From: Mustelus asterias
Taxonomy: Eukaryota
Assembly (NCBI RefSeq): GCF_964213995.1
Contig: NC_135830.1
Span: 11,098,001 to 11,162,000, forward strand
Length of the DNA stretch: 64,000 bases
Direction of reading: 5' to 3'
Shown: positions 1-11,195 of the stretch, in pieces
How positions within the stretch are numbered: position 1 is the first letter of the stretch
How the letters are laid out: each line of letters begins with the position of its first letter
Notes under the pieces: model-generated
What the model was told of the DNA's origin: nothing
Databases searched by the model: none
Seen by the model: only the letters and a program-made list of their open reading frames with translations
Position numbers and translations under genes: made by a program

Positions 1-191
1 GTATTGTTCTTTGTTGGAACAGAGGCAGAGATGGAAGATTCTTATTAACGGCGAAAAATCTTGAAGAATTATAACTGATGGGAGGAAATTACAATGAAAT
101 TAAACCAAATTGAAGTGGGAGTAACATCAACCCGAAAGGTCAAGTTACCGAACTTGGGAATTGCTGGGCATTACTTCTTCGATTGCCATGA

Positions 192-684
192 GCTATTTGT
201 TCTCCTCTCTTCCACTGCGGTATCCCATGTGTGTAGTTCCAGTTCTGAGCTTTGCAGTGTCTTCAACTCTCAAATCCCGATTTTCAAGTGAAAATGTCTT
301 TTCTGCTTTGTTCACCGAGACAACAAATCTCCCTCCGCTGGAGATCCGCTCCCTGGTTGTCCCGGTCGGGGTTTTTCTAAAGAAATGGCCATTTTCGAAA
401 TCATAAACTCCAGAGAAAACACAGATGATGGTGGGAGACTGACACTCCTTCCTGATCACCGCTGCCGGGCTCTGTGTCACTGACTGACTGAAACATCCTG
501 GAAATTAAACACAGAGAGTTTATTGGACCACCAGAGCCGAACCATACAACGGCGTTAAAATCCTAGGCAGTGCCTGCAATAGGGATGGACTGGGGCAGCA
601 CTTTATTCAATCCACAGGATGTGGGTTAATGTGATCGATACTCACGGGTAAACAGATACACAGGGTGAAAACAAGGATTCCCAT
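192..684 (-). pseudogene. NAR-TCR V segment (IgNAR-like V of the TCR delta locus), pseudogene
   Basis: Leader exon 684-646 (MGILVFTLCICLP, GTGAGT donor); V exon from 497 after CAG. Translation SVTQSPAAVIRKECQSPTIICVFSG...FFRKTPTGTTRERISSGGRFVVSVNKAEKTFSLENRDLRVEDTA resembles VNAR (short, no CDR2) and has the extra FR1 Cys typical of NAR-TCR V. The YYC motif is missing (GACACTGCAAAGCT, apparent deletion between ACTGCA repeats) and the leader/V phases do not match. RSS-like element at 192-231. Confidence 0.85.
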
Positions 685-1319
685 CGCTCTGCTGCCTGGA
701 GATGATGATTCACATGACAGGGAGCTGGAGACTGCAGAGCTGGACTGCTTTGGGAGACTGGACATTAAAGCTGCACTGAAATTCTTCACACCCAAGCATC
801 TGTAAATCAGGCCATGCCCACCGTTCAAATAAAGCTCAAGGATTTAAATGGGGATCCCAGATGTGAACTTTCAGTCAAAACGCCCGGGCAGCTAGAATCC
901 AGAGATTCACCCCGCGACCGACAGTCGTGAATGCCATGCTCCACTTGCTCTCGACTTGATTATTTTTGTTATTAATTCAATGGATGTGGGCGATGCCAGC
1001 GAAACCTGACCAACTCGGCCCCCGGAAATGAATCTCAGACCTCAATAAAGCTACAGTTAAGCACGCTCTCTCGAGTATACTGACTGAGTGACTGATTTCA
1101 CTCGTCCATATTTAATCCTGTCTGCCAAAGAACTTCAGCTGTCCAGGGCCCTCATTTGAATCTGATTTAAATATCTGGCGGGTACATTAAGGATTGCGTC
1201 ACTGCCGGAAAACAAAGGAGAAGGAAGTGATTTTAACCAATTGAACCATGTGTGGGTCTTTGTCCTGTTTCGGGTTTGAAATTATAATCGAAAAGAGCGG
1301 TTCGGGCTCGGAAGCAGCC

Positions 1320-1768
1320 ATGCAGATATTCAGAATCTGTATTATGTTTGGGATAATTATTGTCGGTAAGGATGATTCCAATCATGTTCCATTCAGATTG
1401 GCGTTATATTTTATATTAACACGCGATTTTTTCTTGCTCCCAAACACATGACAGATCAGAGTGATGGAGATTCAGTTACTCAGTCCCAGTCTTCAGAGAG
1501 CGGGAGAGAAGGGGAAACCGTGACTATAAAATGTACCTATCACACTACAGAAGAAATGTATTATGTCTATTGGTACCTGCAGCTACCAGCGAAGGAGCCC
1601 GAGTTTGTTGTGTGGAGACGGTCTTGGGATGTTGTGGAATGGAAAGGCTCGGCGTTAGGAAACCGTTTTGCTTCAGACCTCCAGCTGTCAGACTCCACCG
1701 CAAGTTTAACCATCATGGACTTGCAGACGACCAACGCTGCCATTTATTACTGCGCTCTCTCTGAGACT
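1320..1768 (+). CDS. TCR alpha/delta V segment (TRAV/TRDV-like), apparently functional
   Basis: Leader 1320-1365 (MQIFRICIMFGIIIV, G|GTAAG); V exon 1455-1768 DSVTQ...TIKC...YWYLQ...AAIYYCALSE. Open frame, C23/W41/C104 present, phase-1 intron. Confidence 0.95.
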
Positions 1769-1807
1769 CACAGTGATTGAAAAGAGTACCGACCCTGTAC
1801 AAAAACT
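1769..1807 (+). promoter_or_regulatory. 23-bp spacer recombination signal sequence (RSS)
   Basis: CACAGTG + 23 nt + ACAAAAACT. Confidence 0.95.
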
Positions 1808-1974
1808 GTCTTCCGATTGAAACTGCTGTTCCTGCCTGCTGAGGTTGTCGAGAATCTGGGACAAGTGCAATCACAATGAGGCTGCCAACCCTTCAAACAC
1901 ACACACAGAGGAATCCAATTAACCTCTGTCAACTGCTGCACTCGTAATCAGTAAACTAGAAGCTGCCTCAGCTT

Positions 1975-2226
1975 TTATTAATCTCGTCCCTGTATTAGTA
2001 ATAACTTTATTAGACTTTTCCTCAGTTTACATTAATCTAGACCCGGCATCAGTAATAACTGTACTAGACCATTTCAGTGTATATTAATCTCGATCCCGTA
2101 TCAGTAAAATGTTGTGTTTAATTGTTTGACTTTTGTGTTCTGCTTGAATCATAAATTGTTTCCATTCTTTGGTCAGGAGCATTTCTAACGAATTAATCTG
2201 TTTTTATTAATCTCGTCCCTGTATTG
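1975..2226. repeat. degenerate short tandem repeat (ATTAATCTCGTCCCTGTATT core)
   Basis: Core recurs near 1978, 2031, 2083 and 2206. Confidence 0.55.
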
Positions 2227-3125
2227 GTGTAGTGGACTGTGAGGAAGGTTTTCAAAGCTTGCAGAGGGATTTGGACCAACTAGAAAAATGGGCTGCAAAA
2301 TGGCAAATGGAATTTAACGCAGACAAGTGTGAGATATTGCACTTTGGAAGGACAAACCAAAGAAGAACGTACAGGGTAAATGGTAGTACTCTGAAGAGTG
2401 CAGTTGAACAGAGGGATCTGGGAATACAGGTACAGAATTCCCTAAAAGTGACGTCACAGGTGGATAGGGTCGTAAAGAGTGCCTTTGGTACATTGGCCTT
2501 TATAAATCGGAGTATCGAGTATAAAAGTTGGAATGTTATGGTAAGGTTATATAAGTCATTGGTGAGGCCGAATTTGGAGTACTGTGTACAGTTTTGGTCA
2601 CCTCGTTACAGGAAGGATGTAAATAAGATTGAAAGAGTGCAGAGAAGGTTCACAAGGATGTTGCCAGGATTTGAGAAGCTGAGTTACAGAGAGAGATTGA
2701 ATAGGTTGGGACTTTATTCCCTGGAGCGTAGAAGATTGAGGGGAGATTTGATAGAGGTGTTTAAGATTTTGATGGGTATAGATAGAGTGAATGCAAGCAG
2801 GCTTTTTCTGCTGAGGCTAGGGGAGAAAAAAACCAGAGGGCATGGGTTAAGGGTGAAAGGAGAAAAGTTTAAAGGGAATATTAGGGGGGGCCTCTTCACG
2901 CAGAGAGTGGTGAGTGTGTGGAATGAGCTGCCGGATAAAGTGGTAAATGCGGGGTCACTTTTAACATTTAAGAAAAACTTGGACGGGTTCATGGATGAGA
3001 GGGGTGTGGAGGGATATGGTCCAAGTGCAGGTCAGTGGGACTAGGCATAAAATGGTTCGGCACAGACAAGAAGGGCCAAAAGGCCTGTTTCTGAGCTGTA
3101 ATTTTCTATGGTTCTATGGTTCTAT
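2227..3125 (+). mobile_element. 5'-truncated CR1 LINE (ORF2 C-terminus + 3' tail)
   Basis: ORF 2232-3044 LQRDLDQL...WQMEFN...RPNLEYCVQFWSP; (TTCTATGG)n tail. Confidence 0.95.
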
Positions 3126-5168
3126 TGAAATTTAGCCATCAGCTTATTTTGTCTATTTCTCAAAGGTTAACTTCATTCTGTCCCATCGAGATGTTTTGAC
3201 CATGCAGATGTGAAAACCTGTTCTCAGCAACTGTAAATGTTGACAGTTCACCTTAGGCACTAATTGCGGTGTGTCAATCATGATTATTAAATGCCCACTG
3301 ACTGCACACAACATCCAGTGCAATGAGAGAATTTTAGATTGAATATGAGGGGGTAAGCGTTGCTGCTGTTGGCGCGAAACTGTCAGTGAGAGTTGATTTA
3401 ATCGCACCATATTTCTAAATGCTGCATTCAGACGATAGCAAAATAAACCCAGAAACTTATGTCTGTACATTAGGAGACTGAACGTTCAGAGTGTTCTCTT
3501 TGTAATTGTCTCCTGTGATTTAGGCGTGCCTGGTAGTTTCCTTTCTCGGCCATTACAGGGGGCAATCACATTGCTGTGGGTCTTGAGTCACAGATAGGCC
3601 AGACCAGGTAAAGATGCCAGATTTCGTTCCCTAAAAGACTTCAATGAAGGAGATGAGGTTTTATTTGCGACAACCAACGAACACCATTATTAAGACTAGC
3701 CTGTTGTCAATTACATCATGTTTCTATTAATTCGTTGAATTGATTATGCTTCACCGGCTGCCATGGTGAGAACTGAACCTCTGCCCTGACATCATCAGGG
3801 TCTTTGAATTTCGGAACTAATGGCATTGCTGCTGCATCACCATGTTGCATAACTGCTAAATTAAAATGGAAATTGTTTTTTTGCATCTCCGTGAACCTGA
3901 CCACAGCTTCAGCGTCGAACGCTGGTTGAAAAAATCTGAAAGTTATTGAAAAAAAGGCAGATCAGGCAAGTAATCCGAAGACCGTTTTGTCACGTACATC
4001 ATTGTTGATCTGTCGGTGTCGGTCACTTTCAGGGGCTTACTGTTTTACATTGCATTTCATTGCTTTATGATATACTGTAACATTTCCATGATTTCTGTTC
4101 TCCATATTTTTCTCAGCTCTCACCACTTTACAACACTTCCTCTCTAACTCCCACACGAGGGGCACAACAACAGCTGAAAATCTTGAGGTTATTGCTGCCG
4201 TCTTCCTGATTTCTTAGCAAGTATTTGTCAGAAACCACTGCTCATGTTTGCAAACCGCAAACACTCGGTTCAACTCATATATTTCATCGTTTATTTTTCA
4301 AATTGGAATAACTGACATCCTGTGGTTTTCGCTTTCCTTCGCTCAAAGAATAGCAACGAGGTCATAAAAAACCCTCTTATGTAGAATGTGGATGAGGAGA
4401 GACTGAGGATAGAGCTTGAGCAGGTTAATAAGCCAAATGGCCTTAAAAGTAAAGGAAAGCGGTTTGGAGTCCAGTCAAATTTTGCACGCGAGGAACTGGG
4501 GAGCCTTTTAGGGAACTGAGCTCAAGTGCTGTTATTGGGTTGGAACAGAAACCCCAGTTTGGTTATTTAAAACCCCAGGGCCCCAGGGCCAGGCCGAAGG
4601 TCGAGCCAGGCAATTGGCATTACTTGCGGCGAGAGAGAAACTGAAAAATATGTCTGCAGGCCCGCATAGTGCAATGCTGAATTTACTATTTCTGCCAACA
4701 ATGATAGACGGAGAAGGGATTTCGAGTCCATACAGCCTGTCCCACAATGCAAATGGAGTAAATGTGAAGTGCAGTCACTATTGCAATGCAGGAAAGAGTC
4801 GCTATGCCCACAACAAGATCCCCGGTGATGTGACCATCTTTTGCAGCTTGTCGAGTGAGATTTAAATCTCTTTGATAACTGCCCTGCTTTAGAAACTAGT
4901 GAGGTGAGCTGTTTAAGAACCTCCAGAAAGGCCAGGCGGAGCCTCCATTTAGTAGCGTTTCTGAGCAATTCAGTGCGGAGACGATCCGACTCCATTTGCA
5001 CTGGCAGTGTAAGTACCAGGTGGAATATGGTCTCAAGTCTCTGGAGGGAGATGTGAATCCATAACTTTCTGAATTACAGGCGATAGAATTGAGAAATGTA
5101 ACAGTTACCTCGAAGCCGCGTATGGAACGTGAACTGGAGACATCAACTGTGTCATTTTTATACGGTGA

Positions 5169-5646
5169 GGTCTTTGTGCAACGACAAATGAATTCTAAAC
5201 TTCTGTGTCTCTGAACAAGCAGAAATAGACTGCGATGTCTTGGATTTATGCTCGAGTAATCGTTAAAGGAAAGTTATTTCCTGAATTCATCTGACCAGCC
5301 TCGTAATGTCCCTTGGCAAAATCTGCGTCTCTTCTGTCGCTTCTATCTCGATACAAAATAAAATATGGAGCCCGTTCCGTGTGCTATCAGTACCAGTAGA
5401 GATCGGGATTATAGGATCTTGTTGTGTAGCTGCAATCCATTTTCACACTATCGCCTTCAGTAATATATAGTGCAGTCTGAGCCAGTAATCTCTTTGAATC
5501 AGATGTGTAGAAATACAGATATATTTACTATTGAAATATTTTAACTTAAGTGACTGATGCACAGAAAGTTAAAACAGAAGGCGAGGAAGGATCTTATGAT
5601 TTTCTTCCCAGTACAAAGTAGCTGTGCAAAAACTGGGAAGCATCAT
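5169..5646 (-). pseudogene. TRAV/TRDV-like pseudogene with 23-RSS
   Basis: EGDSVKMDCSY...LYWY** (TGA TAG)...FPLTITRA*IQDIAVYFCLFRD. RSS CACAGAA (5207-5201) + 23 + ACAAAGACC (5177-5169). Degenerate leader near 5646-5595. Confidence 0.85.
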
Positions 5647-5658
5647 GTTACCCGAGTA

Positions 5659-6835
5659 CTTCAAAACATTGCCTGAAAGACTGATGGAAAGCGTATGCAT
5701 TGATAAATGACTGGGTGCATGTGGAAAAAATACAGAAGTGCAGGACGAAGGATATGTAGCTGGTCTGAAGGAATAGCTCTTGCAGACGAGTAGTACGAAG
5801 AACGTGGCCGAATGCCTTCCTTCTGTGTCGTTTTATCCAGTGATTCAATAAATCATATCCAATCCTAACTCCGGCATAAACAATCGTTCCTGTTGTTGTC
5901 TCTCGTTCAAAATCCTAAAACTGCCTCCAGAATAGCACCGCGGAAGCACCTGCACCATTCACACTAACGTGGATCAGGATGAGACCACAATGTGTTTATG
6001 TGAAGTTGGCGATGGACAATAAATGGTGGTCTTGCTATAATCGCCGATAACTAGAGAACAGATGCAACAAATCAAAAACATATGGCACCTTATAAGAATC
6101 AGCTGGTTTCTCTACCTGCACCACCTGACTGCGTCACTGCTCTGGGCGGGGCTGGTGTTTGGCATTTCACCCCACCCCCTCCCTCCATACACCGCTTAAT
6201 CATGAAATATAACATTCGGGCATGTAATTTGTCATTGAGCTTCTTTCAAGGTGCCGAAAAAGGAAAATGGCGAATGAGAGAATCTGGGAGAGTAAAAGCG
6301 GGCCTGAAATAGAGGAAAAATGCGAGAGCAAACAAGACACAAATAAAAAAAGGAAAGGATGAATGATGCAAACCGAGGAAGAAATTATGTGCTGATTCTT
6401 ATAAGGTGCCATATGTTTTTGATTTGTTGCATCTGTTCTCTAGTTATCGGCGATTATAGCAAGACCACCATTTATTGTCCATCGCCAACTTCACATAAAC
6501 ACATTGTGGTCTCATCCTGATCCACGTTAGTGTGAATGGTGCAGGTGCTTCCACGGTGCTATTCTGGAGGCAGTTTTAGGATTTTGAACGAGAGACAACA
6601 ACAGGAACGATTGTTTATGCCGGAGTTAGGATTGGATATGATTTATTGAATCACTGGATAAAACGACACAGAAGGAAGGCATTCGGCCACGTTCTTCGTA
6701 CCACTCGTCTGCAAGAGCTATTCCTTCAGACCAGCTACATATCCTTCGTCCTGTACTTCTGTATTTTTTCCACATGCACCCAGTCATTTATCAATGCATA
6801 CGCTTTCCATCAGTCTTTCAGGCAATGTTTTGAAG
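5659..6835. repeat. long near-perfect inverted repeat (arms 5659-6103 and 6391-6835)
   Basis: 445-bp arms are reverse complements with about 3 visible mismatches; 287-bp spacer. Explains the twin ORFs MNHWIKRH on opposite strands. Confidence 0.95.
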
Positions 6836-7195
6836 ATCATAACGACACGCTTTGATATATCATACATTTCTCCAGCATTTCTATTTATCGATCATCTTAA
6901 ATCAGTATCATCTCATTGTCGTCCCTGCTTCCCATGAAAATAATTTTTACTCATTTGACTCTCACAAATTTGGATACCTGATTTAAATTTCAGCTAAAGT
7001 TTCTTTTTTTGTCAAGGGAACCAATTCCGTTTCTCTACTCACTCCGAGTAACTGATGTCTATAATCCTTGACGGCATTTTGCCAGAACAAAAGTATGTTT
7101 TTGAATCACTATATGAACGAGGGATGCTTTTTTTCAAGAGTCGCTGGATTGAAGATGCCTTTGCGAACCTCCCCGGCTTCGTAGTGGTTTGACAA

Positions 7196-7795
7196 GGGTT
7201 TTGTACGGGTCACACCCGGTTTGAGGCACCGTGATCCTCAATCCACTGAAATAGAGGGCACTGTCTTTTGTCTCCACTGCAGAAATTGACAAAGGGAAAA
7301 TCTTATATAGACTGAAATGCCAAGCATCGAATTTTCCTTCGGCACACTCGGCTTCCTTGCGTGTGGTGTTATCCCAGTGCAATAATGGCTGGAGTGGCTG
7401 GTTCGGGTAAAGCCGGTACCAGTAGCGATCCAGATCAACAGAAATGGAGTTGTAATTACGGCTCAATTCCAGGTTAGTTCCTTCGGCTACCTTCAACTGA
7501 CGTTGAATCTGTGTTACCGAACTCCCTTGGAATATACCTGCAATATGCAAATAGTATGCAAAACATTCAGGTAACCCCCTGATTAATGACAAGCATCCCC
7601 CTCTCCCCTCTTTCAAAATGAGGAAAATCAATCACAATCTAACTATCACATTTGGATTATTTACACCAGAGGAAAGAATACATTTCAGTATTTAGATAAT
7701 ATAGGGGGAAGAATGACAAGTCATATTAAGAAGTGTTTCACATGTTCCAATTTACCGAATAGAAATGAGATCACGAGAAGCTTAACTGGTGGCAT
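7196..7795 (-). CDS. TRAV/TRDV-like open V segment lacking both canonical cysteines (ORF/likely non-functional)
   Basis: Leader 7795-7756 MPPVKLLVISFLF G|GTAAAT; V exon from 7537 SSVTQ...LELSRNY...YWYRL...DSALYFSGLR. RSS CACGGTG (7233-7227) + 22 + ACAAAACCC. Confidence 0.85.
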
Positions 7796-10024
7796 CTCTA
7801 AAGTGCTGCCACTATATTACAGAATCTAATGTGCAAGTCTTGTTGACCACGTGCCCACACTGAATTTAACTTCCTTGGAACACGATCACACCAATGATGC
7901 TCCGAAACGCTGTTCAGAACAAACAGCAGAAATGACTCAGTGAAAGACAGGAACAAGAAACACACAGTGAGCGCCAGTCCTGTTGGCTCACAATGATCAG
8001 ACTTTGTGCGCGCATCAATAACTGATGTAGGATAATTGTAATATAAACAATTGAATGATGTAACCTAATAGATAGAACATTCTCTAGTGCAATATAAACA
8101 TGCTGCGAACTTGTGTCATATGATTAGAGAGACTATCTAGTGCAGCAGAAACTGGGAAGAGCCTCAAGCATTATAAACAGCGGTTTTATCTAGTCCACTA
8201 GTAAGTAATGCAGTGTCAAGTGTAGCATAAGGAGAATAATAATGAATCAGGCTCCACGACAGTACACCTGAACCATAGTTATGGTCCAACTGCCACCAGG
8301 TGGACGCAGAATGCTATGACACCAGTTTCTCTGACCTCTTCTGCAGCTGGAATTCTCCCGTCCCACTGCAATGAACGTAGATTTGGCTGAGCAACAAATT
8401 ATCTGTTCTCTTTGGCAGCTGAATTCTGACCGAAGTCTTTCACCCATTTTGTGCGATGGTTGCGGGTAAACACACCGGTGTGAAACACATCTGGAACAAC
8501 TAGACATACAGATGTCGGGTCCCACCTGAACAATGCCTTGGGATATCTGTGGAACTCAGAATGGAGACCAGCATCTCGTCCCCAGAACATTTCAAGATAT
8601 TTAAATATAAGGATTAAAATGAAAACTTGGATGAAATTGGATTAATTGGATTAATAAGAGTACATCTGTCTGAGGGTGCTTGATTTGAGAATTATCAAAG
8701 CAGAGGAAAACAAGTATTTATATAAGAGACTATGGGTTGAATAATATTGTGTAGAAAAATATGTAAGAACTATAGAAGAAGTGAGTACAAAGTGGAGAGA
8801 GGGAATATAAGTTGCAACTATTTGTAGGGATGCTATTAAGATACCATAACATCAAATAGGAAGACCCCAGTATAACGATAGGAGGGCCGCTGAGCACAGG
8901 AGGATAGGAGCAGCTGCTGCTATAGCCACACCCATGTAGAGAAAGCAGACTCTCCCAAAAGGGCAATGTGCTGAAAAAAACTGCTCTTTTAAAAACTCAA
9001 ACAGAGAAGCAACATTACGCTGAACTGAAGAAGGCTTTCCCAAACTGTAAAATAACCCGCAGATGGTAACTATAATCTGCATTTAACTCATAGCGTTATA
9101 TAATTTCGGATGTTGCTTGAGAAAGGGAAAGTTCTCATAGGGCAGATAGCTGTACAGCTGGGATGAGGGTTAACCTCATGAGATACTGTCTGTGTGTAGC
9201 CAATTTTGTCGTTACGTCCTCTGCTGAAGCTTATTATAATCTTTCTTGTGTGCTTGTTTTAAGTGAACAAATTTCCATCATTAATTATTTGCAATAAGAC
9301 TGGTCCACGTCTCACTATTTTCCATTTTTTTTACATGATATCAAATAGAAAATTTGCATAATTAAGAATTGGTATTCCAATTCATTCTTCTCGGTTTTGG
9401 GATACCCTCCCATTTAACATCAGCGAGGCTCTTAACAAACACACAGCAGTGGGTGCAGGTACATCTATAGGTTGACCTCCCAGATTCATTGTAATCGAGG
9501 AGTTCCATCTAGCTGCTTCAGAATGTTGCCAGAGGTCCATTTTCTTTCTCAGGATGTCAACCTTCTGGCTTCAGAATTTCTATTTAACTAAGATGACCAC
9601 ATCCACCACTCTCATCGGCAAATGTTCCCGGTTCCTGAGCACACGCTGTGGAAAAATGTTGCTCTTGTATCCGGCCCCCACGCCCCCGTCCAACATTGCC
9701 TGTAATCTTAAAAAAAAAACTCCGCTCCCCGCCTCAAGTTTCGTTAGTACCATCAAATAATGGGAATGCTTTTTCTTTATCTACATGAACAAAGCCTGTC
9801 TTAACCTAATCCACCTCGATTAACTCTCCCCTCAATCTCTTTCTCTCCCATGAAGGACAACATCTCCACGTTCAAACTTCTGGCTACTTTGTGAACTTCT
9901 CAAACTAATCTGACATCAAATAAATTTCCTCATGGAATTTAAATATAAGTCGTCAACTTTCGAAAAGCTTTTCTATGGAACTTAATTGTGTTATGAAATT
10001 CTTAGTGCTATACATAGTTTAAAG

Positions 10025-10783
10025 TCAACGACTTCAGGAAGCGCAGCGGAGGACATGCCTTTGTCTATATCAACGGGGATGAATTAGAAATGGTCGAGAC
10101 TTCAAATTTCTCGGTGTCCAGATCACCAACAACCTATCCTGGTCCCTCCATGCCCGCGCTATAGTTAAGAAACGCCTCTACTTTCTCAAGAGGCGAAGGA
10201 CATTTGGCATGTCTGCTGCGACCTTTACCAACTTGTACAGATGCACCATAGAAAGCATTCTTCCTGGTTGTAAAACACCTTGGTATGGCTCTGCTCTATC
10301 CTGGACCGCAAGAAACTGCAGAGGGTCGTAAAGGAAACTCAGTCCGTCACGCAAACCAGCCTCCCATCCATTAACACTGCCTGCACTTTCCGCTGCCTTA
10401 GAAAAGCAGCCAGTATAATCAAGGAGCCCTTGCAGACCGGACATACTCCCTTCCACTTTCTTCCGTCGGGCAAAAGATGCAAATGTCCGAGGACACATAC
10501 TAACCAACTCAAGAGCAGCGTCTTCTCTGCTTTTCCCTGAAAAGATACAAAAGTCTGAGGACACACACCAACCAACTCAAGAGCAGCACCTTCCCCGCTG
10601 CCATTAAAATTTGAATGAACCTACCTCATATGAAGTTGATCTTTCTCTAGATATGACTTTAAACTACATTCTGCACCCTGTCCTTTCATTCTCTATGTAC
10701 GGTATGCTTTGTATGTATAGCACGCAAGAAACATTACTTTCCATTGTATACTAATACATGTGACAATAATAAATCAAATCAAA
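10025..10783 (+). mobile_element. Rex1/Babar-type LINE 3' fragment
   Basis: Degenerate YRCTIESIL/ITPWYG region and (AAATC)n tail; same family as 15.8 kb and 33.8 kb copies. Confidence 0.8.
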
Positions 10784-11132
10784 CGAACTTTTTAGAAATT
10801 GTTGCACCATTTTGAAAAGTATTTTTCCATACTACTTACCCTGAAGTTTTTGACGATTTAAAAAGAAGCTTAAACGGATTGAAATATTTTTTCCAAACAA
10901 TTTGAGAATTCGTCACTTAAAAAACACGTTTAAACTTTTATGATGAGAAAATTACAGTAGAATCTGACTTTAAAAAAAGCAACATCTGTTGAAAAGCAAT
11001 TAAACATACATTTGTCGGGCGAAGCTGACTGAAGTTGATTAACATTTTCCGGAATCGGTCTAAAGTTATCGCAGACCTTTTCTTTAATCGACAGTAACGT
11101 GGAGTATGTGAACTACTGATAAAGTCTTACAT

Positions 11133-11188
11133 CGAGCCAGCCAGGATTCGGGGCTGGAATCTCCTGATCCATAGTCGGGTGCGTTATC
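11133..11188 (-). pseudogene. tRNA-Arg(ACG)-like sequence, 3' part (5' part at 13994-14011), split by CR1 insertion
   Basis: Minus strand GATAACGCACCCGACTATGGATCAGGAGATTCCAG...CCTGGCTGGCTCG resembles vertebrate tRNA-Arg-ACG; 5' GGGCCAGTGGCGCAACGG lies on the far side of the CR1s. Confidence 0.8.
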
Positions 11189-11195
11189 GGTTATG

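Noticed and set aside
233-244. AACTGGAACTAC resembling a human IGHD1-family core
   Set aside because: A 12-nt match across such a distance is most likely coincidence.
4376-5040. Coding-like stretch with a Cys/His cluster (possible decayed gag)
   Set aside because: Multiple stops, no intact CCHC motif or LTRs; cannot be assigned without a search.
5648-6855. Twin ORFs MNHWIKRH... and MAPYKNQ... on both strands
   Set aside because: By-products of the inverted repeat, with no protein features.
8200-9600. Possible decayed viral/env-like sequence
   Set aside because: Only short interrupted frames and no recognisable motif; a tBLASTn search would be needed.
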